From: Salpingoeca rosetta
Lineage: Eukaryota > Protista > Choanoflagellata
Direction of reading: 5' to 3'
Assembly: GCA_033442325.1 (NCBI GenBank)
Contig: JAWQFM010000010.1
Span: forward strand, 559,837-623,836
Length of the DNA stretch: 64,000 bases
Both the position numbers and the translations under genes were made by a program. The notes beneath the pieces were generated by a model, which was not told the DNA's origin, did not search any database, and worked only from the letters and a program-made list of their open reading frames with translations. Positions 18,515-30,394 of this stretch are shown here, piece by piece. Position 1 is the stretch's first letter. Each line of letters begins with the position of its first letter.

Positions 18515-19104
18515 CACACACAAACACACACAAACACACCTGTGAAATGCCGATGGAGCACTCGAGCTCGTCCAGCTCATATTGCTTGATGGAGAGCGAC
18601 ACCTTTGGCAGGTTGTCGAATTTGCCAAGCAAATTGCTGAGGCTGGCAACGACGCGCTCTGTGGCAAAGGCGATATAGTCTTTGCTCTCCGTCACGGGAA
18701 ACACGATTCGCAACACGTTGGGATGCCGCAGCTTTTGCAGCTGTGAACGGCATCGCAAGCGCGGTGGGAAAGACACCCAGTGTCGTCAGCGAGAACCACA
18801 AAGGAGGCTTTCTTTGATGTCACAGCACACGAGCAACAAACAGGAGTCAACAGCCGATGTACCAGCAGCAGCAGCACACACTAAGCTGCGGCATGGTTGT
18901 GGGTTTATTGGTTGTTGCCGAAAGCCCGTGTACCTGGCTTGCGCCTTGTCGCGCCAGCTCAAAGACGCGGTCCTTTGTCCTTCGGTCGAGAGTCTTGTCC
19001 TGGTTGATGGCCTTCTTATCGAAAATGAACACGCTCGCGTTCTGCAACCGTGCGTGTCAGGTCGCAAGCACAGGATTTGCATGAGCTTGAGGGAGCTGGA
19101 AGGG

Positions 19105-19192
<88 letters not shown>

Positions 19193-19557
19193 CTCTCTCT
19201 CTTTCTCTCGCTCGCTCTCCCTCTCTCTCTCCCTGTGTCGGTACAGCTGCGCTTGACTTCAGCACACCTCGCTGCGGCCGCGGTGAACGGCGTCGTGCAC
19301 CCTCCACAGCAAGCATGTCCCTGAGCACGCGATGTGTCAGTGTGTGCGCGTTTGTTGGTGAACATCACATGCGATGCATTTGCTGTGTGCTGGTCGTACA
19401 CAATACAGCACAGTCAAGCAGGTTTCGCAGCAGGACATACAGACCACATTGCACACCATCATCCACCCCATTGCTCACCTGCACTGGCGACGTGTGTACC
19501 CACGTCATACTCTTTCAGGCACGCATTCCCACTGAACGTCGACCTGAGTCGCTGCAT
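12995..19557 (-). CDS. SCYL2: SCY1-like pseudokinase 2 (CVAK104): pseudokinase, HEAT repeats, low-complexity tail
   Basis: ATG at 19557: [27 protein letters not shown]|[10 protein letters not shown]..|[10 protein letters not shown]..|[30 protein letters not shown] replaces the catalytic HRD; DYLAP|[12 protein letters not shown] follows. HEAT exons ([22 protein letters not shown]). Ends NDLLDLLS-stop. Confidence 0.93.
15310..15420. repeat. (TGAG)n tetranucleotide in a SCYL2 intron
   Basis: Directly visible. Confidence 0.95.
15678..15855. repeat. (CAG)n/(CAA)n compound trinucleotide in a SCYL2 intron
   Basis: Directly visible. Confidence 0.9.
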
Positions 19558-20216
19558 CGTCTCAGGAGGTGGTGGTCAGCGAGCGCTTGTTTGGCACGAC
19601 GATTTGTGGAAACTTTCAAACACTTTTCTACAATGCTCAAGTTCCACAAGCTCGCCATGCATGTTCTCATGTCTCACTCTGCGTGTTTCTCTTCCACAAC
19701 GAACAGCAATAGCAATAGCAACAGCAACGTCAACAGCACAATGCGGCCTCCCCCTGGCATGGCGCGTCAACAGCGTGTGGCATTTTCAACCTCGTTCGAT
19801 GGGCGTCAGAACAAACAACAACAGCAAACCACACAACCATTAACAAGGCCCCACAGCCAGCAACAACCACGCATACACACTCACACACACTCACACACAC
19901 ACACACGAGGGGCTCGAGCATGGGCACACATCAGCCACAAACGGCAAGGCAGTGGAAGACACGGCAGTCTGGATGATAACAGCAAGCAAAAAAGGGAACA
20001 GCAAAGTCAAACAAGGGAAAACGCGAGCCAAAAGAGAGCGAGAAACAGGCAAAAGCTTGGAGAACGACAAAGGTGCGCTCGAGCCTCAGGTGGCACCAGG
20101 GGAGAGGACCAACACGAAACGAAACAAAGGAGAGTGTCATGGGAATAGGACCACAGTACAATAACACAACACCCACCAAGCACCAAGCGAGTGGGCAGAA
20201 ACGTGGTGGTCACGGG

Positions 20217-22076
20217 TCAGAAGTTGAGCGTCTTGCTGTCGCGGGGCAGGAGGTCCTCGGAGGAAGCAGAGGCAGACGCATCTGCACTCGTGTCAGTCTT
20301 GCCATCAGCATCGCCACCACCGTCACCGTCGTCGTTGTTGTTGGTAGTGGAGGTTGGCTCGCTGACAGGAGCCGCACCGGTGTCGTTCTGGTTGGTGGTG
20401 GTGTCGCTGTTGTTGGTGTCGACGTTGGTGTCTGTGTCATTGGCAGCTGCGGCGATAACTGGCTCCGTTGAGTCGCCATTGCCTTGTGTCTCGTTAGGCT
20501 TATCATCATCATCCTCTTTAACGTGTTCCTCCCCCTTGTCTTCCTCCTTCTCCTCTGTCTTCACTTCTTCCCCCTTGTCCTCCTTCTCCTCCTTCACGAC
20601 GTCTGCCGCCTCGTCCTCACCGCCCGCGTTGGTGTCTGGCTTGCGATTGCGCCTGCGCTCCCGCTGCCGCTGTGCGCGCTGCGGCTTGGCCTCAACACCT
20701 GTCTTCTCAGCACTATCAGCACCATCAGCACCATCAGCACCATCCGTCTTCTTGGTGTCTGCAACAGGCGTGGCTGCCTTGTCACCGCCACCATTGGCCG
20801 GCTCACCAGCACCATCGCCATCAGCGCTCGCATCACCGGCATCGCCCTTGTTCCTGTTTCGGTTCCTGTTGCGGCTCCTGTTGCGGCGTTTGCGCTGGGG
20901 TTTCGCTTCGCCATCGCCGCTGCTGTCACCAGCACCTGGCTCGACTGCCTTGTCCTCCTGCTTGGTGTTGTCAGCCTGGCTGTTGTCGCTCTCGTTCTTC
21001 TTCTTTGCCTTCGCCTTCGCCTTGTTGTCCTTCTCAGCTGCACCCTTGTCCTTCTCTTCCTGACCCTTGTTCTTCTTCTGCTTCTTCTCCTCCTTCTTGC
21101 CTTCCCCAGCCTGTCCCTTCTTCTTCTTTCCATCTGCAGCATCCGCCGCTGCCTTGCCGCCCTCACTTGCCTCCTTTACTCCACCCTTCTTCTTCTTGCT
21201 GCTGCTGCTGGCGGTGTTGTTGGTGCTTGACGTGGCCGCGTTTGTCGTTGCCGCCTCGCCGTTCTCCTGCTTGCTCCTCCGCTTGTTCCTGCTGCGTCGC
21301 TTCTTCTTCCCCGCAGACGGATCAGGCCCACGCAGCAGGCTGCACTCCCATGCAACAAGTTGTCGAGGGAAAGGAGGTGGCGTTTACATGCGTGCGTGAG
21401 TGTGAGTGAGTGTGTGTGTGTGTGTGCGTGTGTGTGTGTGTGTGCGTGTGTGCGTGTGTGCGTGTGTGCGTGTGTGCGTGTGTGTGTTTGGACACGCAAT
21501 AATTGTGCAAATCAGAACTTCACACAGAGCAGCACACACGTACTCTGCGGGCATGTTGAGCTTGATGGGCTCCTGCTTGGCCTTGGTGCTGTTGCTGCCG
21601 CCGATCTTGGCGCCCTGACCCGCAGTCATGGTCTGCACAACACAGCACACACACGCACACACGTACAACAAAGGGGGCGGGATTGTTGGCAGGTGGAGAA
21701 TTAGCAGGCAGGCTGGGAAAAGGGAGCTCGCGAAGCGACACACACAAACAAACAAACAAACAAACAAACAAACAAACAAACAAACAAACAAACAAACAAA
21801 CAAACAAACAAACAAACAAACAAACAAACAAACAAACAAACAAACAAACAAACAAACAAACAAACAAACAAACAAACAAACAAACAAACAAACAAACAAA
21901 CACGTGCTCGTGCGCACACCTCTGGTGGGGGCGCGCCTGATGCGGCGTTGTAGAGGGCGCCAAAGGAAAGGAGCTGCTGGGCAATGGACTCCGGCGCACC
22001 AAAGAAGCGCGGCTGCTGCCAGTGCGGCAGATCAAGCTGCAGCACAGTGGGGAGGAGGGAGAATGAGGCGAGTCCA

Positions 22077-22149
<73 letters not shown>

Positions 22150-22998
22150 GCATTGACACGACGGCAGCGTATCAGGTGAAGCGAGAAAGCAAGAATTCGA
22201 CTGCACATGCGCGTGCGCAAGCAAGCATATCGAAACACATCGTGTTGTTGCTTGCCCAAACAGCAAGCACGCACCTCGCTAAAGGTCTTGAACTCCTCAA
22301 TCTTGAGCAGGGTGTCTGGTGGCACGGCGCCCGTCTCCTCGTACGATGCGCGCACGCTCTTCTTCAGCTGTTCAACCATCGCCTGCACAACAACACACAC
22401 ACACAAACAACACCGAAAGCGGTGAATGTGGTGGTTGTGACAAGAAGAGCATGGATGGCTGTGGGTGCTGCAGCAGGACTGGCGATGCCTGCAGGCAATG
22501 GGGACTGACCTTTCGCTTGGAGAGGAGTTGGACTTCACGGTAGAGCTCGCGCTCAATTTCGCGCATGAGGGCAGTCTCGCGCATGGTGATGGACTGGGCG
22601 AGGCGAAGGAAGGACAGGCGCACATCCTCACGCGCAGCGCCCCACTGCGCACTCATCTCCGCCTCCATCTGTTGGCGTGGCGAAGAAGAGGGTGAGGGTG
22701 AGGTCGGGAGTGGGGTGGAGGGTGTATGACAAAGCGATCAGACATAAGCTGTGAACAATTGAGCCAACACAACACGCCACTGCTGCCGCACTGCCCACTA
22801 CCACCACGACCAACAACCTACTCCACGCACCACCACCACCACCACCACCGCGGCCACGGGCAACTGCAGGGCACCTGAGCGAGGACGGCGTCGATGTTCT
22901 TGAGGTTGACGGCTGCCGGGTGGTCCACCATCTCCGTCTCAAGCACATCCTGCGGCGGCCGCACAACCTGCACATTCCGCGCAGGCGCCCCACCTGCT

Positions 22999-23060
<62 letters not shown>

Positions 23061-25298
23061 AGGTGGACGATACTTTGGGTGCTCACGCGTATGTGAGTCG
23101 TGTTTCACGGGCGTGCGCACATGGAGCGGTACTTCACCTTCTTTTGTGGTGTCGTCCGTGACTTCCGCTGTGGAGACAACAACGTCATCCTGCTGATTCA
23201 GCGCGCGCTCTGTTTGGGACCATCCAACAGTGCACGTGAGAGTGTGTGAGAAATTGAGAGTAACGCACACAGCGCAAGACGTGGCGTGGGCGCACATGCG
23301 AACATTGGCGTCCTCATGCCCGAAGGGCGACATGTACACACAACACAACACAACACAACACAACACAGCACAACACAACACAACACAGCGCGGGCGACTG
23401 ACGCTGCTGCATGAGTGTTCGCTGGACGGCAGCCGGGGTGCTGGCCATCAGCTCCGAGATGTCAATCCGCTTCATCCCCGCATCTGATCAATCGCAACAG
23501 TCATGGTGATGGCGATGGTGGCGTGTAGCATGCTGGTGTCAGTCTGGGCAGGCGCTTCATGGATGCGTTCACGTGTAGGTGACATAACTCGACGCGTGGA
23601 TAACAATCAGTGCACGGCGTGTGTGCTGATGCTACACATGGACATGACTTGACGAAAGAATCAACGCATGGATTGACAAAATGGACGGGATGGACGAGAC
23701 TCACCTGGACCAGCATGTGCTGTGCCATTGGGGCGGGTGCCAGTCGCGGGAGTGGCTGCAGTCGTGGCGGCGACAGGCGCGGTGCTCGGTGTCGGCAGAT
23801 CGTCAATCACAACCTTGATGGGGTCAAGCTTCTTGATCTAACGGCAGCACGGCAACGCGACGCACGCACACGCGGTTTCCGTGTGAATGAGCAGCAGAAG
23901 CAGAAGTAGCAGCAGCAAGCAGACTGGTGGTGTTGGGGGCTGTCGCACACCAAACCCGATCACCCCCGAGGCACACGCACGCAAAGAATGCATGCACGCG
24001 CACGCAGCAAGCACTGCTCCACATGTAACGAGGCGTGACATGAAGCATGGGAACACGTGAATGACCCACAGCCTACCTCGTGCTTGCGGCGGTTGCGCTT
24101 GTCGCGCTTCTTGGTGCTGGCGGCGGAGGACGCGGCGTTGGCCGCGTTGGCGTCTGCGTTGTCGCCCTGGACCCCCTTCTTCTTGTTCTTCTTGTCGCCG
24201 CCGGGCGCCTCCTCTTGCTGCTGCTTCTTGCGCTCCCGCTGCTGCTGCTGTTGCTGCTTCTTGCGGGCCTGCTTTTGCTTCTGCGCGGCTGCGTCCTTGT
24301 CCCACTCGCGCAGGCGCGCCTTGGCGGAGCCTTGTCATCACCGACAACAGCAATGGGAACAGCAACAATGGAAACCACGACAACAACGACAAGAGCAATG
24401 TAACGGCAACAAGAGCAATACAACAGCAACAAGAGCAACACAATCAGGCGTACAGGGAAAGAACAAGTATGAGTGGGCCAACAGCAGCGAAGCAAGCGTC
24501 CAAGCTCCACGTGGCACGCCAGCGTGTCATAATGGCAATGTCAGCAGAGCAGCAGGTTGGAATCGCAAGTCAGCGTTGTTGGTGAGCCAAGACAAGGTAT
24601 GAGGGACAGCCGTACCATCCGAGAGAGCGTCGAGGACGTCGGCAACGCTATGCTGGAAGCTGTCGAGCAGCAGAATGACATGGTCGCGGGGCGTGTCGGG
24701 GAACACCTCATGCACTTGGCGAATCTGCAACAGCAACAGCAACAGCAACAGCAGTCACCCATGCACCGGCAACCAGTGTGAGACGAATGAACAACAAGCG
24801 CAGCTGCAGAACACAATTCGATCACTGCATGACTGGTCTGCGTTTGTGTTGAGGAGAGGGGTAGGTGACGAGTGTCACGTGCACAGCCTGACACGCTAAC
24901 AGCAACACGGAAACAAGCGGGCAGCAACACGGAAACAAGCGGGCAGCAACACATCCACATCCACACACACACGCACACATCTACGTGCAGGGAACAAACT
25001 CACCATTTCCTTCATGTTCTGTGGGAGGAGGGGGGAGCAAGATGCGGCGTCCGTGTGGAGATGCACACAGAAGGCGAGGCATCATGAGTGGGAAGCTGAA
25101 GCAAGTGACATGCTCTCCCCAGTCCAGTGCACACACATACACACACACACAAACACACACACACACTCTCTCTCTCTCTCGCAGACAGACAGACACGTAC
25201 ACACGCACACGCAGTTCATCCAGGAGGTGTCCGCAGCTCACCTTTCGAGCGGTGTCGCGTGCACCTGCACGAACGCCAGCCTCGCCGAAATAATCCAT
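20217..25298 (-). CDS. SPATS2: SPATS2/SPATS2L-like (DUF1387) protein with a long charged disordered C-terminus
   Basis: [19 protein letters not shown]|[37 protein letters not shown]|SAKARLREW resembles the SPATS2 N-terminal helical motif. Central coiled coil: [29 protein letters not shown]|AMVEQLKK..|..[18 protein letters not shown]. The last exon (about 21339 to 20217) is open in frame. Confidence 0.72.
21745..21902. repeat. (CAAA)n tetranucleotide, intronic
   Basis: Directly visible. Confidence 0.95.
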
Positions 25299-26009
25299 GG
25301 TGGTGGGTCTCAAAAACGATTCAACGAAAGGAAGCAAAGCAACAGAGATTGTGTGTGTGCGTGTGTGTGTGTGCGTGTTGAGAGGGGAAGACAAAGGAAC
25401 TGGTGCCTTGCTTGCTTTGCTTGCTTGCTGCTTTGGTTGGTGCTGTACTTGCAGTGTTGCAGTCCCTGGTTGGTGTTGTTCCTGTGGTGTGGTTGTGGGC
25501 GTTCGCGCGACGTGTGCGAGTTTCTTGTTGGTGTGGTGTGTGTTGTTTGTGTTTGTGTGCGTCGTAATGTGTAGTGGCGACTTGTGGGAGATATTGCAAA
25601 TCCTCGTCTTGTTCCAAGGCAGGCTATCCACCATAAAGATTTCGCACAAGGAACAAAGCGGAAGTGCGCACTCCGTCGCCTGCTTGTGCCTTTTTCACCA
25701 CCATCGTGTGCGCCGACTTCCAACCTTGGTGCGTGCTGTGCGTGTTGTGTGCTTTGGTGCCTCGTGTGTGCTGCTGCTGTCTTGTCTTGGGTGGTGATGA
25801 TGTGGTGCTGTGTGTGGTGCTGTATGCACCCACCTGCTGTGTTGAATGCACGTGTTCTGCGCGGGCGGGTGTGTGAGGCAGAGGATGGGGCACCGGGATC
25901 GTCTTGGTCTCACACGTTTGCATCATTGTCGCATCCACAACACCACCACGCGGTGCAGTCCTTTGGCCCCCTCGCCTCGACCACACGACACACACAACAA
26001 CAACCAGCC

Positions 26010-27426
26010 ATGTCCTCGGCTCTGCAGTGGAAGATTGTGCGGAAGTTCAACAAGTTCCAGCATGTCAACTCCAGCGGCGATGGCCGTGTCTTCTCCAAGG
26101 TACACAGTGACATCACACGCTGCGCGTGTCGCGTGGAGGGGTACCAGCACCACCAACGAGCGCGACGATTGTTGCGACGACCGCCACTGCCGCTGTTGTT
26201 GTGGAAGCGGGCATGCTGCACGGTTGGATGCACTCATTTGTGTGCCAAGGACACCACACAGCATCTGTGCCGGCTGAGGCAGGGAGGGTTATGTGTTGCG
26301 AGAAAGGAATTGTGCATGCTGGTCAGCAGGGAAGATGTACCGCACCAGCCGTATCTTTGAAGTGCAGCACTCGCGGCTGTTAACTCGCAGTTACCTGCAG
26401 AACCACTTTCACAGCTGCTGCTTCCCCCCCCCCAATTTCACAACAACAACAACAGCAGCAGCAGCAGCAGCGCACAACAGCCACCTTTGATGATGTCCAT
26501 CCCCTTGCACACGTCTCAATGCTCCTGCTAACTCCGTTTGACATGCTGCGTGTTGCACTTTTGTAGGAGCCCACCAACCTGAAGAACATCAACTCCCCAC
26601 GCTTCTCTGGCATTGTCAACGCCAAGGTGCAAAGACTTTTCCTTCCTGTTGTCCATGTTGTGCACATGTGGCCTGCATGGTGGTGAATCCTCTCCTTGGA
26701 AAGGCTACCACCCTCTCAGAACGTGCTCTTTTTTCATGGTTGCTCTATGTGCCATGAATGCGTTTGTTGTTGCTCAGGCCATTGGTCTCAAGGCTGGTCC
26801 CAAGGGCGGTGCCATTGTCATCACCAAGACAAAGAAGGGTATGTTATTGTTGCGAGTTGTGAGAGGCGCTTGTGCAAAGTGTGTGTGTGGCGTCGTCGTT
26901 GTTGTTGTTGTTGTTGCTGCCGTTTGTTTGTTGTTTGTTGCTTGTTGCTTGCTTTTCTCGTTGACGGCGATTGACGACGGGTGCTGTTTGCTGTTGTGCG
27001 CGTGATTGTGTTGTGTTGCACAGCTGCTGTCTGCCCCAAGAAGGGCTTCCAGGGCGTCGCCCTCCGCCGTGGCGCTCGCCCCACCAACCGCGCTGTTGCC
27101 AACGTTGCCCGCTGCCTGAGGCCTGACCTCAAGCGTGCTGCTGTTGCCCGCGCGTCGGCCCTCATCCTCGCCTCCAAGCCCAAGTCCGGGGTGAGTTGAC
27201 GACGGTGCCACCCTCGTCGGCTGTGCACTGTTACTGCTTGTTCCGTGTGTGTGTGTGTGTGTGTGTGTAGGCATGACTGGGTGCTTGCTGCTGCTCTTTT
27301 GGTGTTGCAGCTCTCTTTCTGTCGACTGTACGTCCCATCTTTGCTCACCTTTGCATGCTCGCCTTGATTCAACCGCAGTCTAAGAAGTCCCGCTCTGGCC
27401 GCAAGTCCCGCAAGTCCCGCAAGTAA
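26010..27426 (+). CDS. RPL28: 60S ribosomal protein L28 (eL28), 5 exons
   Basis: MSSALQWKIVRKFNKF..VFSK|EPTNLKNINSPRFSGIVNAK|AIGL..TKTKK|..LRPDLKRAAVARASALILASKPKSG|SKKSRSGRKSRKSRK-TAA. Confidence 0.95.
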
Positions 27427-27754
27427 ACACGCCGCCTGATGCTGCGTTGTGTTATCTGCGTGTACTGGTGTGGTTGTTGACCCATGTTGTTGGTGCAGGT
27501 GTGGATGACGATGGTGTCGATGGAGTCAGCCCTGCCGTTGTGTGCAGGCCGTGCTGCCAACGTCGTTCTCTAACAGTACAAGGAAGCACACATACACGTG
27601 ATGTGATGTGACGCCAGTTGGGTGATGTGACAAGGGCGAGGGGAGGGAAGACAACCAACCACGAACAAGACGAGCGAGGCAAAGAACGCTGAGGTGTGCG
27701 AAAAGCTTGTCAATTTGGCAACAGCTGCAAAACGTTACGAATCCAAGCAAGAGG

Positions 27755-27808
<54 letters not shown>

Positions 27809-27889
27809 GGGTGCTGCACATACCTTCTCGCTCTCATCAACTCACTGCCCAACACAATCACCGCTCTTGTCGCTCACTACGACTCCCAG

Positions 27890-28867
27890 ATGGCCAAGTT
27901 GCAACGACTGCAAGCGCAAACACAGCAAGTGTTTCACGACACGCAAGCGTCCGTGCCTCCATGGTGCGTGATGGCGTTGTGACATGCATGTCGCTTGCTC
28001 TCGCTCCCGCTCTCTCGTTCCCTCGCATCTCACTCGGCTCCCACCACCGCTACCACTGCAACACATCACATCACCCATCACCATCGCCACTACTGCAACC
28101 ACATCCATGCCACTCCCTCTTCACCATCAGGTTCACCATGCCCAAGCCCACTGTGGGAGCAGAGGTACAATCGCTGCCGATTGATGCTGCGTGGCACGGC
28201 TTTGCAACACACATGTCCTCCGCATGTGTCACCGCCATGGAGCTCTTCTGCAGAGACCGCCGCCAGCACGACGCACCCACCGCCCAGTTCCTCGAGCGCA
28301 TGCGCCACCACACTTCCCGACGAGCAGCTGCAGCGGCGGCAGCGGCGGCAGCTCGGCACGCCCCACAATACCAACGATCACATCCACAGGCACAAGCACA
28401 TCCACAGACACACCTCCGTCCACGCCCGCATCCACACCGGCATGTGTGCGCACCAGCACCAGCACAACAACCACAGATTCAAACACAACCGCAGCCTCAT
28501 GTGAGGAGGGCAGTCTACCAGCGCGACAATGCCGGCATCTCCTCCGTACAGCAACCGCACGGGCAAGCATATCCACAGACCCAGCCGTTTCAGGTCAGCT
28601 TGTGCTTTGTGGCTTTTGTTTCATCTCCCAGCTGCATCTCACCTGTGAACCTTGCGTGCGTGTGACCACGTTTAGCCTTCTCAACTCAACCAGCCCACAC
28701 ACAAACACACACACACACACACAACTGTTGCACAGACCAACTTGGAGCTGCCGCCTGGTGACTACGACGTTGTGTTCTCGGATCGTGATACGGGACAAAA
28801 GCAAGCATACCGCCTCATCATGGGGCCCAACGAGCGCACAACCCTCGCGCTGTCCCGTCCAAGATAA
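27890..28867 (+). CDS. Hypothetical protein (at least 3 exons) with a Q/H/P-rich middle and a PEGA-like beta-rich tail; 5' end uncertain
   Basis: Exons 27890-27963, 28131-28593 and 28736-28867 join in frame across GT-AG introns. A possible further upstream exon ends near 27753. No family recognised with confidence. Confidence 0.5.
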
Positions 28868-28990
28868 CACAACACAACGCACTCACTCACTCATGCGAAG
28901 CCCAGTGTTGTTTTGCTGCCCACCACGCAAGTCATGTCAACGTTCATCATACACGATCCGCCACCAGGATGCAGTACTTGACAACCAAAT

Positions 28991-29054
<64 letters not shown>

Positions 29055-29503
29055 CGTGTGTGTGTGCAAGAAAGGGAGATAGAGAGCATGCATGGATGAG
29101 GGGCACACGCGATATGGAGGGTCGGTTTATTCTTCTGAGATCTACAAAAGGTCTTCTTCACCAAGCCATATGCTCATATAGCAACACAGCAAGACCAGCA
29201 CAACGTGCACACACATGCACGCGCATGCATACCCGTATGAGCTGATCACCGCAGTCACAAGTCATGAGGAAATAGCAAAAGGGTGCGAAGAAAGGGGGGG
29301 GGAGGAGGAGAGGGGCGTTCTTAAGTTCAATCACAAGCACAAAAGCAAATGGGACTGATACACTGCTGCATGTGCGTGTCTGAACACAAAACCAACATCG
29401 CGTCGAGGCCACAGCTCCCAACACAAACCGCCAAACATCCAAACACGTTCACCATCATCACCATCATCATCACCATCATCGTCGTCAATCATCGCCATTA
29501 CCA

Positions 29504-30298
29504 TCACTGAGCAGCAGCAACCTCCTCCTCGGCCTTGATGGCCATGGGCGTGGGTGCGCCTGTTGTTGCTGTCGTTGGCGGGTGTGCAACCAGCGTCGCC
29601 GTGGTCGAAACAACGGGCGGTGCCACAGGTGCCATGCGCGTTGCGTTTGCGTACGGCGCGGGTGCAGCAGACCTGGCCATGGTTGTCATCATCGCGCGCG
29701 GTGTTGCGCTTGCGCTCGCCCCAGCAGGTGCTGCTCTCGTTGGTGCCATTGTCTTGGCCGTTGTGGGGTACGGAACACCAACGTTGTTGCGGGCAGCAGA
29801 CGCAGGTGGTGGTGCCGACACGACGCTGTACGTCGTGGACACTGGAGGCGCGGGTTGCGCCCGAGACACTGGTGCTGGGACTGCAACCACTGATGTGGAT
29901 GGGCCAGCGCCGTGCGACACGGGCACTTGTTGCTGCTGCTGGTACTGGTACTGGTACTGCTGCTGGTACTGGGGCTGCACAGTGGATGCAGGTGCTGCCA
30001 TCACGTTGACATGGGCAGCAGTGGTGTACGTGCTTGGAGGGGCGGTGGTGGCAGCTGTGCTTGTGTGCGCATATGACTGAGGGTATGTGACTGGCGGCTG
30101 CGCTGTGGGAGTCGCCATCACCTGTGATAGCGTCGTGCCAGGCACCACCCACTTCTTTGCGCCATGTGTCGTGGTTGTGGTGGCGGCTGTCACTGCTGGT
30201 GCTGCTGGTGTGGCGGCGGGAGCAGCAGTCGCCGGCGTGCTCACAACAGCAATGTCCATCAGCGGTGACCCGGGCAGCGACTGGCCAAGCTCGGCCAG

Positions 30299-30394
<96 letters not shown>

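Noticed and set aside
18682-20148. 488-aa plus-strand ORF, and many similar HTHT/CVCV ORFs throughout the window
   Set aside because: It is antisense to SCYL2 exons and stays open only because of stop-free microsatellites; no protein-like content.
26100-27022. Possible intronic snoRNAs in RPL28 (TGATGA at about 26488; hairpins GGTGGT..ACCACC and TTCATGG..CCATGAA in intron 2)
   Set aside because: No downstream CTGA D box within the intron and no convincing H/ACA boxes; an Infernal/snoscan search would be needed.
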